A stretch of DNA of 64,000 nt from Felis catus (GCF_018350175.1 NC_058368.1:27964001-28028000), one strand, 5' to 3'; shown: positions 40,011 through 53,813, numbered from the stretch's first letter. Notes: generated from the letters alone by a model not told the origin. Made by a program: numbers and translations.

Positions 40011-40686
40011 TTCGTGAAGATAAAGCTAATAGAAAGCACTAATAGATCACCGAGCGTCGTCAAAGAGAGAAAAGTACACACCAAAATTTTAGGTTGGAGC
40101 AACTGAAAGGGACAATATTTGGAGTTCGGGTGTGGGCAGATTTTATTAAAATATCCCTAGACCCTAATCCGGCCATACAATTTTAAACTGTTTACGAAAT
40201 CCTAACAGAGAATCAGTAGAAGGTAAGCTACGCTGTTGCATGGACCCCAGATAGAAATAAGAATTACAGATTTAACAAAGAATAGACTTTAATGGATTAT
40301 TTAAATAGGTACTTAAGTAATTATTATGAAATAACTTGAGTACAAAGTTATACACCAAATCATTCTGCTTTTATTTAGTGTATGGATCCCTTTTTCCCTT
40401 TCTGCTGCCAATAGAAACCATATGGCATATGGGACACATTGGGTCCCGAGGACAAGTATTAAGTAAGCTACCCACAGTATTATGGCCTAAAACAAGAAGA
40501 GTTGCATTTACAAAGCAGCATCATTGATCATATTTCAATGCAACCCAGAGTTTTCTTCCATTGAGACACCTCAGGGGATATGTGTAATAAGACCACCATG
40601 AAATATACTTACAGGCATCTGGTTAAAAATGATGAAGTATTTTATACTCTCCTTTGCCTTAAAATCCATCAAAAACAAACAGCAAA

Positions 40687-40748
40687 AGGAAGGAAGGAAG
40701 GAAGGAAGGAAGGAAGGAAGGAAGGAAGGAAGGAAGGAAGGAAGGAAA
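40687..40748 (+). repeat. (GGAA)n microsatellite
   Basis: Direct reading. Confidence 0.97.
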
Positions 40749-41399
40749 GAAACCTCAAACTACCATTTCTTTGAAATGAAAATTTATTATAATGTAAACC
40801 ATAAGCCATAGTGAATATTGGCCAAATAAAGTGAAATTTGCACCAAAATTAGAAAGGGGGCTAAGAGTTGAGACAAACTTTTTCAGATCCCAGTCCCAAG
40901 AGAGATTTTTCTAAAAGTAAGTGTAACATAGTATCAAAATGGGAAACTGGCAACTCAGTTTTAAGAGATCTCAAAATTGCCAAGTCCCCTGATATTCCCA
41001 AAGTGAGGTACTAAATGACCAGTACAGAGTTTGCAAAGGATGTGGCTGAAAATTGAATTTGCCTTTATTCACTGCACAATCACCTCAGATGGACATGTGG
41101 TCTGAAATTAGAGGAAGCATGCCTCTGGAAAAGGCGATGAATGTCTATGGTATATTCTGTCCTAAATCTGCACTTTTCTGTCCTTCCCTGCGCTCTGCCT
41201 TGGGGGAGGAGAGGGGCCTCCTTCTCTCATCTCAAGTCAGAAAAGCCGTCCTTCAAAGTGATCATCCAGACAACTTGTCTGGTGTCCCCAAGTGGCGGGG
41301 CACAAGTGTAACTGCTAGACTAGTCCGATAAAGTCTGAAGTTGAGCAATTGTGTGGCACAGAGAGCTGGCCATCCTGGGAATAGCCTGGGGTTTGTCAA

Positions 41400-42900
41400 G
41401 GTAAAGAATGCATTAATTTGGAACAAATTGTTTGTTTAAAAGGATCTTAAGACACTATGCTTTTTTCCTAAAAGTCAGCTCAAGGAGAGGTTTAAGAACT
41501 CAAGGAAGGGATAATAAAACAATAAAAGGTGACAAGTAAGTTGGCAGAACTCAGAAAACAAATAGATGAGAAAAATAAAAGCTGCTGCAGGCCTGAAAAC
41601 CATTTAAGAAACAGCTAGTAGAATAAATATGACTAAAAACATGTTTTGTAAAACATAAGAAATCACACAAAATAATATAAAAACTAAGGAAAGTGATTGG
41701 AAATAAGGTTATAGATATTGAAAACAAAGATGTTCAAACATTGTTTAATTGAGGTCTCCAAAAATAGTAACAGAACAAATGATACATAGAGTCCATATAT
41801 TATTGCGAGACATTTTCTTATTATAATGGTCTTTTTTTTTAAGTTTACTTATTTTGAGAGAGAGAGGGAGAGAGAGAATCTCAAGCAGGCTCTTCACTGT
41901 CAGCACAGAGCCTGATGTGGGGCTCGAAACCACAAACTGTGAGATCATGAATTGAGTGGAAGTCAAGAGTTAGATGCTCAACTGACTGAGCCACCCAGGA
42001 GCCCCAAGGCATTCTTAATATGAAGAAAGTCTTGAACCTTTGAAAAGTTAGTGAATTTCAAGGATAAAGAAAGGATCACATGGAAATCCCTATGGAAACT
42101 CAAATTTAAAAATTTTTTAAATCACATTACCTTCAAACGTATCCATAATTATATTTAATGCCAAAAGGTGTGTACAATGCTTTGTTATGAGTCATTGAAG
42201 GTGAGACCCAAGAATTTTATACCCAACCAAGTTGTCATTTGAGTCAAGTATAAAAGTATCAGGCAGACATGCTCAAATATGAGAGAAACCATATACCATA
42301 AACCTCACTGGGGAAAAAAAAATGACAATATTTATTCAACTGTGAGTAAATCAAAATTAAAAAGAAAAAACCCAAAATGAAGAGGCTAAAATAAAATGCC
42401 TTGCCATCAATATAAAATTCATTTGTCAAATTTTATAGAACTGAGGGAATTATGAAAAGAGAACAGAATGTAAATGTGAAAATCAGGAGATGGAGAGAAA
42501 GAAAGTTATGTATAAGAGGATTAATTTTCTGATATTTATAGTAGTCAATTGATAAGGCCTAAAAATGAAATGTAACTAAATACATACTTCCATCATGGCT
42601 TTAATACCATCTTGTTTCCATTACCTTTTTTCTACACTTAGAGAAATATTTTAGAAATTCGTAGCTCTTATGGTGAAGAAATATTTTCTTATAGTACAAT
42701 TTTATTTTAGAAAATTGTACCTAATTATCCTGCTGTATGTGTAATTGCATACAGAAATAATACAGATAATGTTCACCAGATGTAGATAGTGATGATTTCT
42801 GGGTGGTAGAATTTGGAACCATTTTTAATCTTCTTCCCACTATTTTTCTATATGGCTTGGCTAGTTATAATAAGCATGTATTTTTTTGTGAAAACAATTA
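41400..42900 (+). mobile_element. Old HAL1/L1M ORF1-like relic with an L1ME-like 3' end
   Basis: aattgaggtctcca.aaa; agaattttatacccaaccaagttgtcatt (ORF1 C-terminal landmark); 3'-end-like tctgggtggtagaatt at about 42800 with no room for ORF2. Confidence 0.45.
41831..42005 (-). mobile_element. CAN-SINE
   Basis: tttacttattttgagagag...tgtcagcacagagcctgatgtggggctcgaa...gactgagccacccaggagcccc. Confidence 0.93.
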
Positions 42901-42913
42901 ATTTATAAAAGCT

Positions 42914-43232
42914 CAGCCAATAATCCTTTATTCAAAACCCTTGGGACCAGATACATTTCAAATTAGAATTTTTCAAATTTTAGAAAGGCAATAGGGTGCT
43001 TATGGAGTACCCTTAGGGGTTGGTGAGCCAGCACCCCAAAGCCAAACCTGTTAATATTGGCACAGCAAAAGTATGAATATTCATACGATGGGGAGAATTA
43101 TGACTATTTTAGCCTTTTTAATATGAGTTCAAGTCAGATGTTATCAAAAGAGTTTTCTGCAAACCAACACAGTTTTTCCATTTTCAAAGCTATTTCAACT
43201 ACAGTTTTGTAGATGAGGAAATATGGATCATT
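42914..43232 (+). mobile_element. MER46C-like Tigger MITE
   Basis: aatcctttattcaaaacccttgggaccagat...ttttagaaaggcaata...cagcacccc...gtatgaatattcat...agatgaggaaatatgga; the ends are inverted. Confidence 0.8.
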
Positions 43233-45214
43233 ATATTTAATTTGGATGTCCAGTTAACATAAGCAATTTAATGTCTTACAATCATCCTAACATGTTTGTG
43301 TGTGTGAGGTAACGGTCATACACAGCGCCTGGATTCTCCATCCTCAACATGTTCTCTAAGCTATGCCGTAATCCTGCACGTCTTTCCTCACCCCACCTGT
43401 ATCCCTCATTGTTCTGAGTTTCATCAGGACGGGAAGGATGATAGAGTTGGAAAAAACACTAAACTGAGAATTGATTTCATTTTAGCTCTTCTAAGTAACT
43501 GTGGACTTTAGACAAGTCAATTTTCTTGATAAAACTCTCTTTCCACACAACACCAAATGTGCAGCACATCCTAAACCTAATTATATGAACCCAGAGGTTA
43601 CTCTTGAATGGAAAAGAAGGGAGGAATTTGTTAAGAAGAACAGCAGTGAGTGGAATGGAGATGGTGACCAGCAGCCAGGCTCAGTGGCTAATTGTTTTTC
43701 TGGGAGCCTCAGATCCATTTTAGCATGGCTAAAGTTCATGGCTATTAGTCCCCAAAGGCTAATAGATACAGGCTTTGTGAGCATCCCAATCAAAACACAA
43801 TCTCTCTTCTTTGAAACATACCTGTCATCTTCTTTTTTGCTCAATTGCTTCGAGGCAAGGATACCCTAGGCTACTTAACATTACGCTCCATTTCTCCACC
43901 TTAGATAACTGGACACAAGCATCAAACTAACTCAGGATTTAACCTGATGTTTTGTGGGGTTCAGTTGGATTCTAAACCGAATCCTCCAGATCTATAAACA
44001 TACATATCACCTAGAGAAGAAAAATAAGTACCACAGAAATCTTCAGGCTTCAGTTTCTATGAATCATTCAAATAAGTCTAGAAGTAATGAAAACATGATT
44101 CTCCCTGCTAAAATTCCTATATAATAGGTATGTAAGCATATTCATCAGACTTGGATTTGGGTAAAATAGCTCCATTCTAAACAGCTTTTGGCTATGAAAG
44201 CAATGAAGCTGTGATAAAAAGATCTCTTAAAGTCATAAAAGACAATTGGATTGTTGAAGTTGTATCAGCAGAAGCTCCAGGAAGGCTCTGTGGAGGAAAT
44301 TTCCAATGTAACAAGATGTTGTCCTATTAATAAGTTGCAACAGGAAGTCGGGCACTTTGCTGACTGACATGGAAAAACCTTTAAAAGCACATGTCCCTTT
44401 GGTGGTCACTTTTCACAAAGAGAAATTCTGCCATGAGTGTCTGGTAAGATTGCATCCAACAACTGGGGCCGCCTATGTAAGGGATGCAGGATTCAACATG
44501 ACACCATAGTTCTCATGTATTAGAGGAAAATGAAATGGAAAGAACCCAATGGCTTGTTTTCTCCTATTGGCATCCAAATTACTGAGAGGGGTTCTATTCT
44601 TGAAGTTTCGTATGCACTGTGAGTACTGGATTAGTACCAAGAGTATCTGTGTTTCTGGGCTTATGCTCAAACCGTTAGACCTCTTATTTCTCAGGCCACA
44701 AAATCCGATGATTTCTGTGATGTTGGAGGCTCTGGGAGCACAAGTCAGGGAGGCTGGACCCAACTATGCCAACAGACCATGCATTGAGTTCAACTGTCCC
44801 CATCTTTTCAGATTCTTAATTGGCACCAACTCAAGCCCATGCACCTAGAAATAAGCACATGGACACCCACACGCACATGCACACGCACACATAACACACA
44901 GATTCCATTTTCCTTTTTAAGCAAACCAGTTTCATGTTTCTACAAATACGATGCCACATCAGCAATTCTTTTAGCCTGCAGAATAGTTATTGGATGCCAC
45001 TAACGTGAAAGCTATCTTTGTTTTTTTTTTCACTTAACTACCTGAAGAATTAGCCCCTTTCCTGATAGAATTAGATTCTTGTCGCTGAATATATTTCAGG
45101 AATGATGTTTAGATGAGAGTCTTTATCAGAGCACTTTTTATCTTAAACCTTACACTAGCATTCCCAGTGTGCCCCATAGGAGGTAAGTTCCCAAAGGCTA
45201 ATAGATATTCTGCA

Positions 45215-45217
45215 AAA

Positions 45218-45268
<51 letters not shown>

Positions 45269-45269
45269 A
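45215..45269 (+). repeat. (AAAT)n microsatellite
   Basis: Direct reading. Confidence 0.97.
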
Positions 45270-45835
45270 ATTGCCAGCTCAAATTAAATTGGGAAAATTT
45301 TAGGATAAGCCAAATGTCTTTACCGCAGGACTTTCCAGAGCCCATAAATTTAATGTGTTGTAAGAATTTCTAAGAGAGAGGTATACCGTGCAGTTCTGCT
45401 CAACCTACCGCACCTGGGAATTATTTTTCAGTAATCATCTCAAGGGATGTTTTTCTAGGACATACCAAACCTTAAAATGCACATCATGTTACAGTGGGCA
45501 TAAATGAGCTGAGCTACCTAGGTAGACCCTTAATAAAATTAACCAGAAGGCATAAATGACATTCATATTTCTGCTCAAAGGGGAATCAATTTCATCTTGG
45601 AAACTCAATCAAAGAAATGTTTCTTCATGCTGGAAAGAGATAAGAAGCCTTTATCACTTGATCACAACTTAGGACACTTGTCACTTTATCACAACTTAGG
45701 ACATGAAGCAAACAGAAGAATGACCCACAGAGCCACTCAGAGTGGACAACAGGGCTGGAACATTCCTGGCTGATTGCTATGTGACTAGTGGAGGCCCTTT
45801 GTTGAGCATATTGAAAGAAGCAACCCCCCTGTAAT

Positions 45836-46446
45836 TTCCCCCAGTTTTATTGAGAACTAATTGACATGTATCACAGAAGAAGTTTAAAGTACACAGCCTG
45901 ACAGTTTGATTTACATATATTATGAAGTGATTACCACAATAGGTTCAGCTAACATCCATCTTCTCATATGGATACAATTAAAAGGAAAGAAAGAAAAAGA
46001 GAAAAGGTAAAGATTTTCTCCCTGTGATGAGAACTCATAGGATTTACCCTCTTAACAACTTGTTTATATATCACAGCCATGTTAGCTGTAGCCATCATGT
46101 TGCATATTATGCCCCTAGTACTTACTTATTTTATACTGGAAGTTTGTACCTTTTGACCACATTCTTCCAATTTCCTCCCCCCCCCCCCCGACTCTGCCTC
46201 TGATAACTACAAGACTGATCTCTTTTTCTATGAGTTTGGTTTGTTGTTGTTGTTTAGAATCCACATACAAGTGAGATCATACAGCATCTGTCTTTCTCTG
46301 TCTGACTTATTTCATTTAGTACAATGCCTTCAAGGTCCATCCATGTTGTCACAAATGGTAGGATTTCCTCGTTTTTTAAATGGATGAATGTGTGTGTGTG
46401 TGTGTGTGTATGTATTCATATATATATATATATGATTATGTGTTGC

Positions 46447-46480
<34 letters not shown>

Positions 46481-49400
46481 GCACACCACAACTCATTTAT
46501 TTATCCATCAGTGGACATTTAGGTTGTTTCTATGTCTTGGCTATTGTAAATAATGCTGCAATGAACAAAGGGTGCAGATATCTTTCCTAGTTAGTGTTTT
46601 TGTTACCTTTGGATGTATTCCCAGAAGTGGAATTGCTGGGTCATATGGTAGTTCTATGTTTAATTTTGTGGGAAACCTCCAAACTGTTTTCCATAGTGGC
46701 TGCACCAATTTACAATCCCACCAACAGGGCACACTGGTTCCCTTTTCCCCGCATGCACACTAGCTTTTGTTATCTCTTATCTTTTTAATGGTGGCCATTC
46801 TAATAGGCATAAGGTGATGTCTCATTCTGGTTTTGATTTGCATTTCTGTAACGACTGCTGATATTGAGCATCCCTTCATGAACCTGTTGGCCTTTTGTTT
46901 ATCTTCTTTAGAGAAATGTCTGTTCAAGGCCTTTGCCCATTTTTAATTGTATTATTTGTGTGTGTTTGTTTGTTTGGCTATTGAGTGGTATGAATTCTTT
47001 ATATATTTTGGATATGAACTCCTTATCAGGTATATGGTTTGCAAATATTTGTCCCCATTCTATAGGTTGTCTTTTTGCTTTGTTGATAATATCTTTTGCT
47101 GTGTGGAAGCTTTTTAGTTTGATGCTGTCCCATTTGTTTACTTTTATTTTTTTGCTTGTGCTTTTGATGTATCAAAAAAAAAAATCATCACTACCAAGGC
47201 CCATGCCAAAGAGTTGTACACCTATGTTTTCTTCCAGGAATCTCATGGTTTCAGGTCTTACATTTAAGTCTAATCCCTTTTTAGTTAATTTTTATGAATG
47301 ATTCATTCACAAAAGATATGGGTCCAGTTTCATTCTTTTACACATGAATATCTAACACCATTTATTGAAAAGACTGTTTTGACTACTGAGTGTCCCTGGC
47401 TCCCTGGTCAAATATTCGTTGGCCATATTTAGGTTTATTTGTAGGCTGTCAATTCTGATTTTGTTGGTCTCAAACTCTTCAGTTTGTTTGCTGTATTTTT
47501 CAATTCTAGGATTTCTGGTTGGTTTTAGTTTGTTTGTTTTATGTTTGCTATTTCCTTATTGAATTTCTCATTTTGTTCATGCATTGTTTTCCTAAGTTGG
47601 TTTAGTTTTCTGTGTTTTCTTGTTGTTCACTAACCTTCCTTAAGAGAGTTATTCTGAATTCTTTGTCTGATAGTTCATAGATCTCCATTTTTTTAGGGTC
47701 AGCTACTGGAGTTTTATTAGTTCCTTTGGGTGGTGTCATAGTTACCTGATTTTTTTTATTCTTGACTCCTTATGTTGGCATCTGTGCATTTGAGGTAATG
47801 GGGCTCTTCTTCCAGACTTTACAGATTTGCCCTGGCAGCAACAGTTATTTACCAATTTGGGTTTCTGGATGTGTCTGCTGGTAATGTCCTTGGGCAGGTG
47901 GGGCCTGCTATTTTGATCTGTTTTGAGGTGAAGCAACTGTTCAAGCTCTAGGAATGGGGATGGGGTATGTGTGCCACTGGCTAAGGACAATTGGATGGGA
48001 CTGCTGGCTTGGGTACCTACCCACGTGAGGCTGTGGGATGGGCTCCGCAGTTGCCTGGATCTCTGGTCAAGGACTGGGCGCTATATTCATTAATAGTGGG
48101 GCTATGAATTAGCTTTCTTGCCCTGGAAGGGCAGCAGGAAGGGACCCAGGGCCTGTACAACTCATTGTTTAGGGGACCCAAATTGGGCCAAGATGTACAC
48201 TGAATTCCATGGTCAGATGAGGCCACTGGTTTTGCTCTGCAGATAAGGAAAACCATGGTACGCACTCCCCGTTCAAGTGCCACTCTCTCCATGGAGCTGT
48301 TGAATGGGCTACGTACCTTCCTCTGTGCTCTGGTCAGGTCCCCTGGCCCAACAGGCTGAAGGGTGTGTTCAGCAGCAAGTGGGGCTATGAAGTAGATTCC
48401 CCACCCAGGCACAGTGCAAGTAGCAGCTCTCGATCTGGCAAAACTGTTTGTTATCATAACTCAGGCTGATGTGCACCCCACGCCCCCTGACCAAACACAG
48501 CTTCTGGCTTTGTTCTGCACACATTGGCTCTGCCTGCCCACCTCTCCGCTCAAGTGCCGGGAGGCCGCACAGCTTCTACACGTGGATGCCAGCTTTTCCG
48601 GTCAGCTGGGGCCGGAAGACACCCTCCACAGTGAGTGGAGCTGTGTCTCAGCTTCTTTGCCCGGGCAGAAGAGGGAGGGGATGCTCCAGGCTGCTCTTGA
48701 TTTCCCAAACAGGCTCTCAGGCTGAGAGGGGCCAGGTGCTACCCTCAGCCACGGCTGTGAGTGAATCACCCTGCCTGTGTGTAGCATGGATGCGCTCCAT
48801 GCCTGATACTGGCTTTCTTCTGGGGCAATCAGTTTTGCCCGCCCTCCTCTCTGCTTGAATACGGCCGGGCCACACTGCTTCTAGGTGTTGTCACCACCTC
48901 TTCTGGTCAGATGGGGCCAGGAGACACTCTCCGCAGCGGCTGGGGCTGTGACTTGGCTCCTTGCCTAGGCAAGGGCAAACTGGGCTCTAGGGACACCAAA
49001 ATTCCTCATTTGAGGATCCAAATCAGGCAGATCTGTATACCCTGCTGAGTTCCCTGGTTGGAGTGTACCCCAACCTGATTCTGCAGATGGGCAGATGTGC
49101 TGGTCGGGATTACTGCTCGGGCACTGTAGGTCTGATTTCAGTCTCCCAAGATCCATGTGCCGGTTATGGCAGCCCCTTCCCCCTTTTCCATCACAGACTC
49201 CCAGTGGCTGAGCCCCTCAGATTCCCCTGCAATTCCAGGGGCGCAAGATCAGAATGTGGGCTCCCCCAAAGTGATGCACGATGCTGGGGGTGGGGGGCGG
49301 TGCTGGTTGTCTCCATTGGGTTCTCTTTTCCTACTGGAGAAACTAGAGGCTCAGGGGAGACCTCTGCTTGGGGCTGCACTGGCTGGGGGAGGGGCAATAT

Positions 49401-49601
49401 GGTCAACATGTGGCTGTTTTTCTTACCCTTCTAATGCAGTCTTTCTTGGTCTCTGGTGCAGGGGGTGCTTCCACCTCACCACCATGTTCTAGAATTCTGA
49501 GTCATGTCTTGTTTTTTGACTATTTGTTAGTTTTTCTTTTTGTGCAGGGAAACAAAGTGAGGAACAACCTATGTCTTAATCTTGGTGATGTCACTTCCCT
49601 C
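45836..49601 (-). mobile_element. L1MA9-like LINE with both ends and a large internal ORF1/ORF2 deletion
   Basis: L1MA9-like 3'UTR (45836-46300); ORF2 tail (ORF 46541-46732 (-) [18 protein letters not shown]); ORF1 N-terminal part and GC-rich 5'UTR from 47471 to a 5' end GAGGGAAGTGACATCACCAAGAT. Confidence 0.8.
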
Positions 49602-49789
49602 TTACATGTAATATTGGAAAAAATTCTTATTCAAGAATTCTACTGAAAAAAAAAATCTTATGTGACTATGTCAGCCTTGAAAAACTTTCAACACACTAAC
49701 CGACAAGTATTACTAGGGCATGATTGACTCAAGAAGAAGAAAAATCCAACAAAACCAGAGAAGAGAAAAATCTTTTAAAAACATATGGG

Positions 49790-50008
49790 GGGGCGCCTGG
49801 GTGGCGCAGTCGGTTGAGCGTCTGACTTCAGCCAGGTCACGATCTCGCGGTCCGTGAGTTCGAGCCCCGCGTCGGGCTCTGGGCTGATGGCTCAGAGCCT
49901 GGAGCCTGTTTCCGATTCTGTGTCTCCCTCTCTCTCTGCCCCTCCCCCGTTCATGCTCTGTCTCTCTCTGTTCCAAAAATAAATAAACGTTGAAAAAAAA
50001 ATTAAAAA
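49790..50008 (+). mobile_element. Very young felid SINE (SINEC_Fc-like)
   Basis: Near-consensus with intact CpGs (gatctcgcggtccgtgagttcgagccccgcgtcggg); TSD aaaaacatatggg at 49777-49789 and 50009-50021. Confidence 0.97.
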
Positions 50009-50943
50009 AAAAACATATGGGTTCCAACTTGTAGGAATAGAAAACTGAAAATTAGTGTTGGAACACTGTAAGATTCTCTTCCATTAAATAATTATTCTTA
50101 AATTAACTATATGCTAGAATACATTAAACATACATTTAATAGGGTAAATTCTCTTTTTAATGATTATGTTTTACATAGTTTTCATGATGTTCCATTCCCT
50201 CCAGATGTTATTGTAGGCAAATATTTAGACAAGATGGATCCCATATCCAGGCATTATAGATTGCAGGTGGGAAGCTTTTTCTTCTTTCAGGGTTTAACTC
50301 TAACCTCACTACAGATGGTATTACTATTATTTATTTGTGCAGGTCTAAGCGTAAGTCTAGCCTGGGATTAGAAAAAAAGCCACTAATTAGATAATTAAGA
50401 TAATTAATTGCTAGGAATTACTTTAGCATAGTATTTACTTCCAGATTAACATTTGAATCAGAAAAGTTGGTATTTCCAATTCAAAACCATTGTTACACAG
50501 CATGTTCTAGACCTAATCTATGTAGTTAGCATAGGGGCAAAAAACCTGTTACCAATATGGAATGTCTACAATATCATCTGTCCAAGTGGTAGAATCAGCA
50601 TCTGCACCCAGATCCATTCACCCCAAACCTCCCCACTCTCCACGCTGACTCAGGGGGTACCACTTTAAGAAAACTTTGAACAAAGTTAATAGTGAATTCA
50701 TGCAAGTCTTGAATGATGACCTTAATGCGCCACAATTGTGGCTTCCCAACGAGAGACTCATACCTGTGGAAAAGTGTATAGATGAGACCCTAGAATTTAT
50801 AAAGTGCAAAAGTATTGGTTTTATTTCTCTGTTAGCAAATGAGTAGATTGATAGCAAAGAGGAGGATAACTAAGCACTTGTTTAGTGAAAATCTATATGG
50901 TTTCTAGATGGGGAATACAAATCTCACTCATTCTTTGGTGGTG

Positions 50944-50990
50944 TGTTTTGTTTTGTTTTTGTTTTTGTTTTTGTTTTTGTTTTTGTTTTT
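50944..50990 (+). repeat. (GTTTT/GTTTTT)n simple repeat
   Basis: Direct reading. Confidence 0.9.
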
Positions 50991-51069
50991 GGAAGGAATA
51001 ATTAAGCAAGGTAGCAAGGTGAAGACTTCATAATGTAAAGGTGTGAGTTCCTCCCAGCTTGACCTTTGG

Positions 51070-52785
51070 GTTCGGTGCAATGAAAATCAAAGTCCCAGCA
51101 AGTTATTTTTTGTGGATATCAATAGATTTGTTCCAAAGTTTATATGGAGAGGCAAAAGATCACAATAACCCACACAATACTGAAGGAGAATAAAGTTAGA
51201 GGACACATACTACCCAACTTCAGGAGTTACTATAAAGCTGTAATAGTTAATATTGTAGTCTTGGCAAAATAATAGACAAATAGATCAATGGGACAGAATA
51301 GATAGTCCAGAAATAGACCTACATAAATATAGCCAACTGATCTTTGGCAAACGGCCAAAGGCAACACAAAAGAATAAAGATAAAGATAGTCTTTTTAAAA
51401 AATAGTGCTGGAACAACTGGACATCCATGTGCAAAAAAATGAATGTAGACACAGACTTTACACCCTTCACAAAAATTAGCTCCAAATGGATCATACACCT
51501 ACACGTAAAAAGCAAAACTATAAAAGTTCTAGAAATACCATAGGAGAAAACCTAAATGATCTTGGGTATGGTGATGGCCTTTTAGATAGGACACCGAAGT
51601 TACCTTCTATGCAAGAGAAAAACAGATAAGCTAGACTTCGTTAAAATGAAAGCTTCTATTTTGGGAAAGACACTGTCAAGACAATGAGGAAGTAAGCCAC
51701 AGACTGGGAGAAAATATCTGCAAAAGATACACCTGATAAAGGACTGTTATCCAAAATATAAAGAACTCTTAAAACTTAATAACAAAAAATAAGCAACCCA
51801 TCTAAAAAATGGGCCAAAGTTCTTAACAGACACTTCACCAAAGAAGATATACAGAAGGAAACAAACATGAAAAGATGTTCCACGCTATATGTCATTAGGG
51901 AAAGGGAAATTAAAACAATGAAATACCACTATACACCCATTAGAATGGCCAAAATCTGACCACTGACAACACCAAATACTGGTGAGCATGTGAAGCAACA
52001 GAGACTCTCATTCATTGCTGGTGTGAATACAAAATAGTACAGCCACTTTGGAATACAGTCTTGTGGTTTCTTAAAAGTTAAGCACGGTCTTCCCATATGA
52101 TTCAGCATCACACTCCTTGCTGTTTACCAAAGGAGTTGGAAACTATAGACCAAAAACCCGTATACAGATCTTTAAGGCAGCTTTATTCATAACTGACAAA
52201 ACTTGAAAGCAAGCAGGTTGTCCTTCAGTAGGTGAATGGATAAATAAACTGTGGCACATCCAGACAATGGAAAGTTATTCAGTGTTAAAAGCAATGAGCT
52301 ATCGAGTTTTGAAAAGACAAGGAAGAAATGGAAATGCATATTACTGAGTGAAAGAAGCTAATCTGAAAAGACTACATATTGTGCAATTCCAGTTATATGA
52401 CATTCTGGAAAAGGTGTAACTATGGAGACAATAAACGGATCAGTGTTTGCTAAGGGATGGGGGTAGGAGAGAGATGACTAGGCGGAGCACAGAAGATTTT
52501 TAGAACAGTGTACGATATTGTAATGATGGGACATGCTTTACACATTTGTCTAGACCCCTAGATTGTACAACACCCAGTGTGAACCCTAAGGTAAACTATT
52601 GACTTCCTGTGATTATGATGTGTCAATATATGTTCATTATTTGTAACAAATGTACTCCTGCATCATGGGGGAGGCTATGAATGTGTAAGAACAGAGGGCA
52701 TGTGAGTATTCCCTGGCACTTCCTCTCAATTTTGCTATTAACTTAAAACTGCTCTAAAAATAATAAAATCTTTATTAAAAAAAGC
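51070..52785 (+). mobile_element. L1MC1-like LINE (ORF2 3' part plus 3'UTR)
   Basis: agatcaatgggacagaatagatagtccagaaat; cttcaccaaagaagatatacag; 3' end cctctcaattttgct.ttaacttaaaactgctctaaaaa. Confidence 0.9.
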
Positions 52786-52854
52786 AATTGGCAGGAAAAT
52801 TACAATGTTTTAGACCAGATGTTTGAAGTTGTTTGAAAAGAAAAAAAAAATCTT

Positions 52855-53076
52855 GGGGCGCCTGGGTGGCTCAGTCGGTTAAGTGTCCGACTTCGGCTCA
52901 GGTCATGATCTCACAGTTTGTGGGTTCGAGCCCTGCGTTGGGCTCTGTGCTGACAGCTTAGAGCCTGGAGCCTGCTTCAGATTCTGTGTCTCTCCATCTC
53001 TTGGCCCCTCGCCTGCTCATGCTCTATGTCTCTCTGTCTTTCAATAATAAATAAACGTTAAAAAAAAAATTTTTTT
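52855..53076 (+). mobile_element. CAN-SINE (felid type)
   Basis: ggggcgcctgggtggctcagtcgg head; TSD aagaaaaaaaaa(a)tctt on both sides. Confidence 0.96.
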
Positions 53077-53290
53077 AAGAAAAAAAAATCTTACTCTTTC
53101 TTACACACTGTCTCTTTATCAACAATCCTGAGCTGGACCATTTTACGATGCTGATCCCAGAGAGTAATTCCTAATTGCTTGATATTCTAAACAGAGGTAG
53201 GAAAGCACCAAATGTTAAATACTTGGTTTTCTTTGTATTTCGAAGAAAAGTGAATTGGCCTTTGTCCGTTTAATTTGTGGGTAATACTAT

Positions 53291-53813
53291 TGTGACAGTT
53301 ACTATTTCTGCAACAAACCACAGCAAAACTTAGGCTAAAACAATCCTGACTTTCATTTTCCTCCCGTATCTGCCCCCCTGGCCAGAGCTCAATGGGGACA
53401 GCTCACTTCTCCACTCTGTGTGGGACGAGGGCAGCTCAAAGGCTAGTGGAGTCAACTGTAGGCTTGTTCACTTGTGTGTCTGGTAACTGATGCTGGCTGT
53501 TGGCTGGGGGCCTCAGTTTCTCTGCGTGGCCTTCTTCATGTGGTCTCTCCACAGGGGTTACTTTGGACTTCCTCACAAAACCAAGTGGCGAGGTTTTGAA
53601 GGCACACGTCTGAGAGAGTGAGGCACAGCTGTATTTCTATTATGCCCTAGACTCAGAAACCAAATAGCACTTCTGTCATGTTGATTTACGGTCAGGACCG
53701 TCACAAGGCTCCACCCAAATTTAAGGAAAGGAGATACAGTCCCAGCTCTCAGAGGCAGGAAAAGAGTATATGTATATTGGTGCAAATACCATTGGAAACT
53801 ACAATCTGTTACA
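53291..53813 (-). mobile_element. MLT1 (F/G/H-like) MaLR LTR
   Basis: aacaaaccac.caaaacttag.ctaaaacaa; gatgctggctgttggctggg.gcctcag; gtcacaaggc...ccaaatt.aagg. Confidence 0.8.

Noticed and set aside
43501..43869. 122-aa ORF
   Set aside because: Begins at a GTG in MIR-like sequence; no recognisable homology.
48017..49646. Cluster of 100-146 aa GC-rich ORFs suggesting a gene or CpG island
   Set aside because: They lie in the L1 5'UTR relic, overlap on both strands and resemble no protein I recognise.
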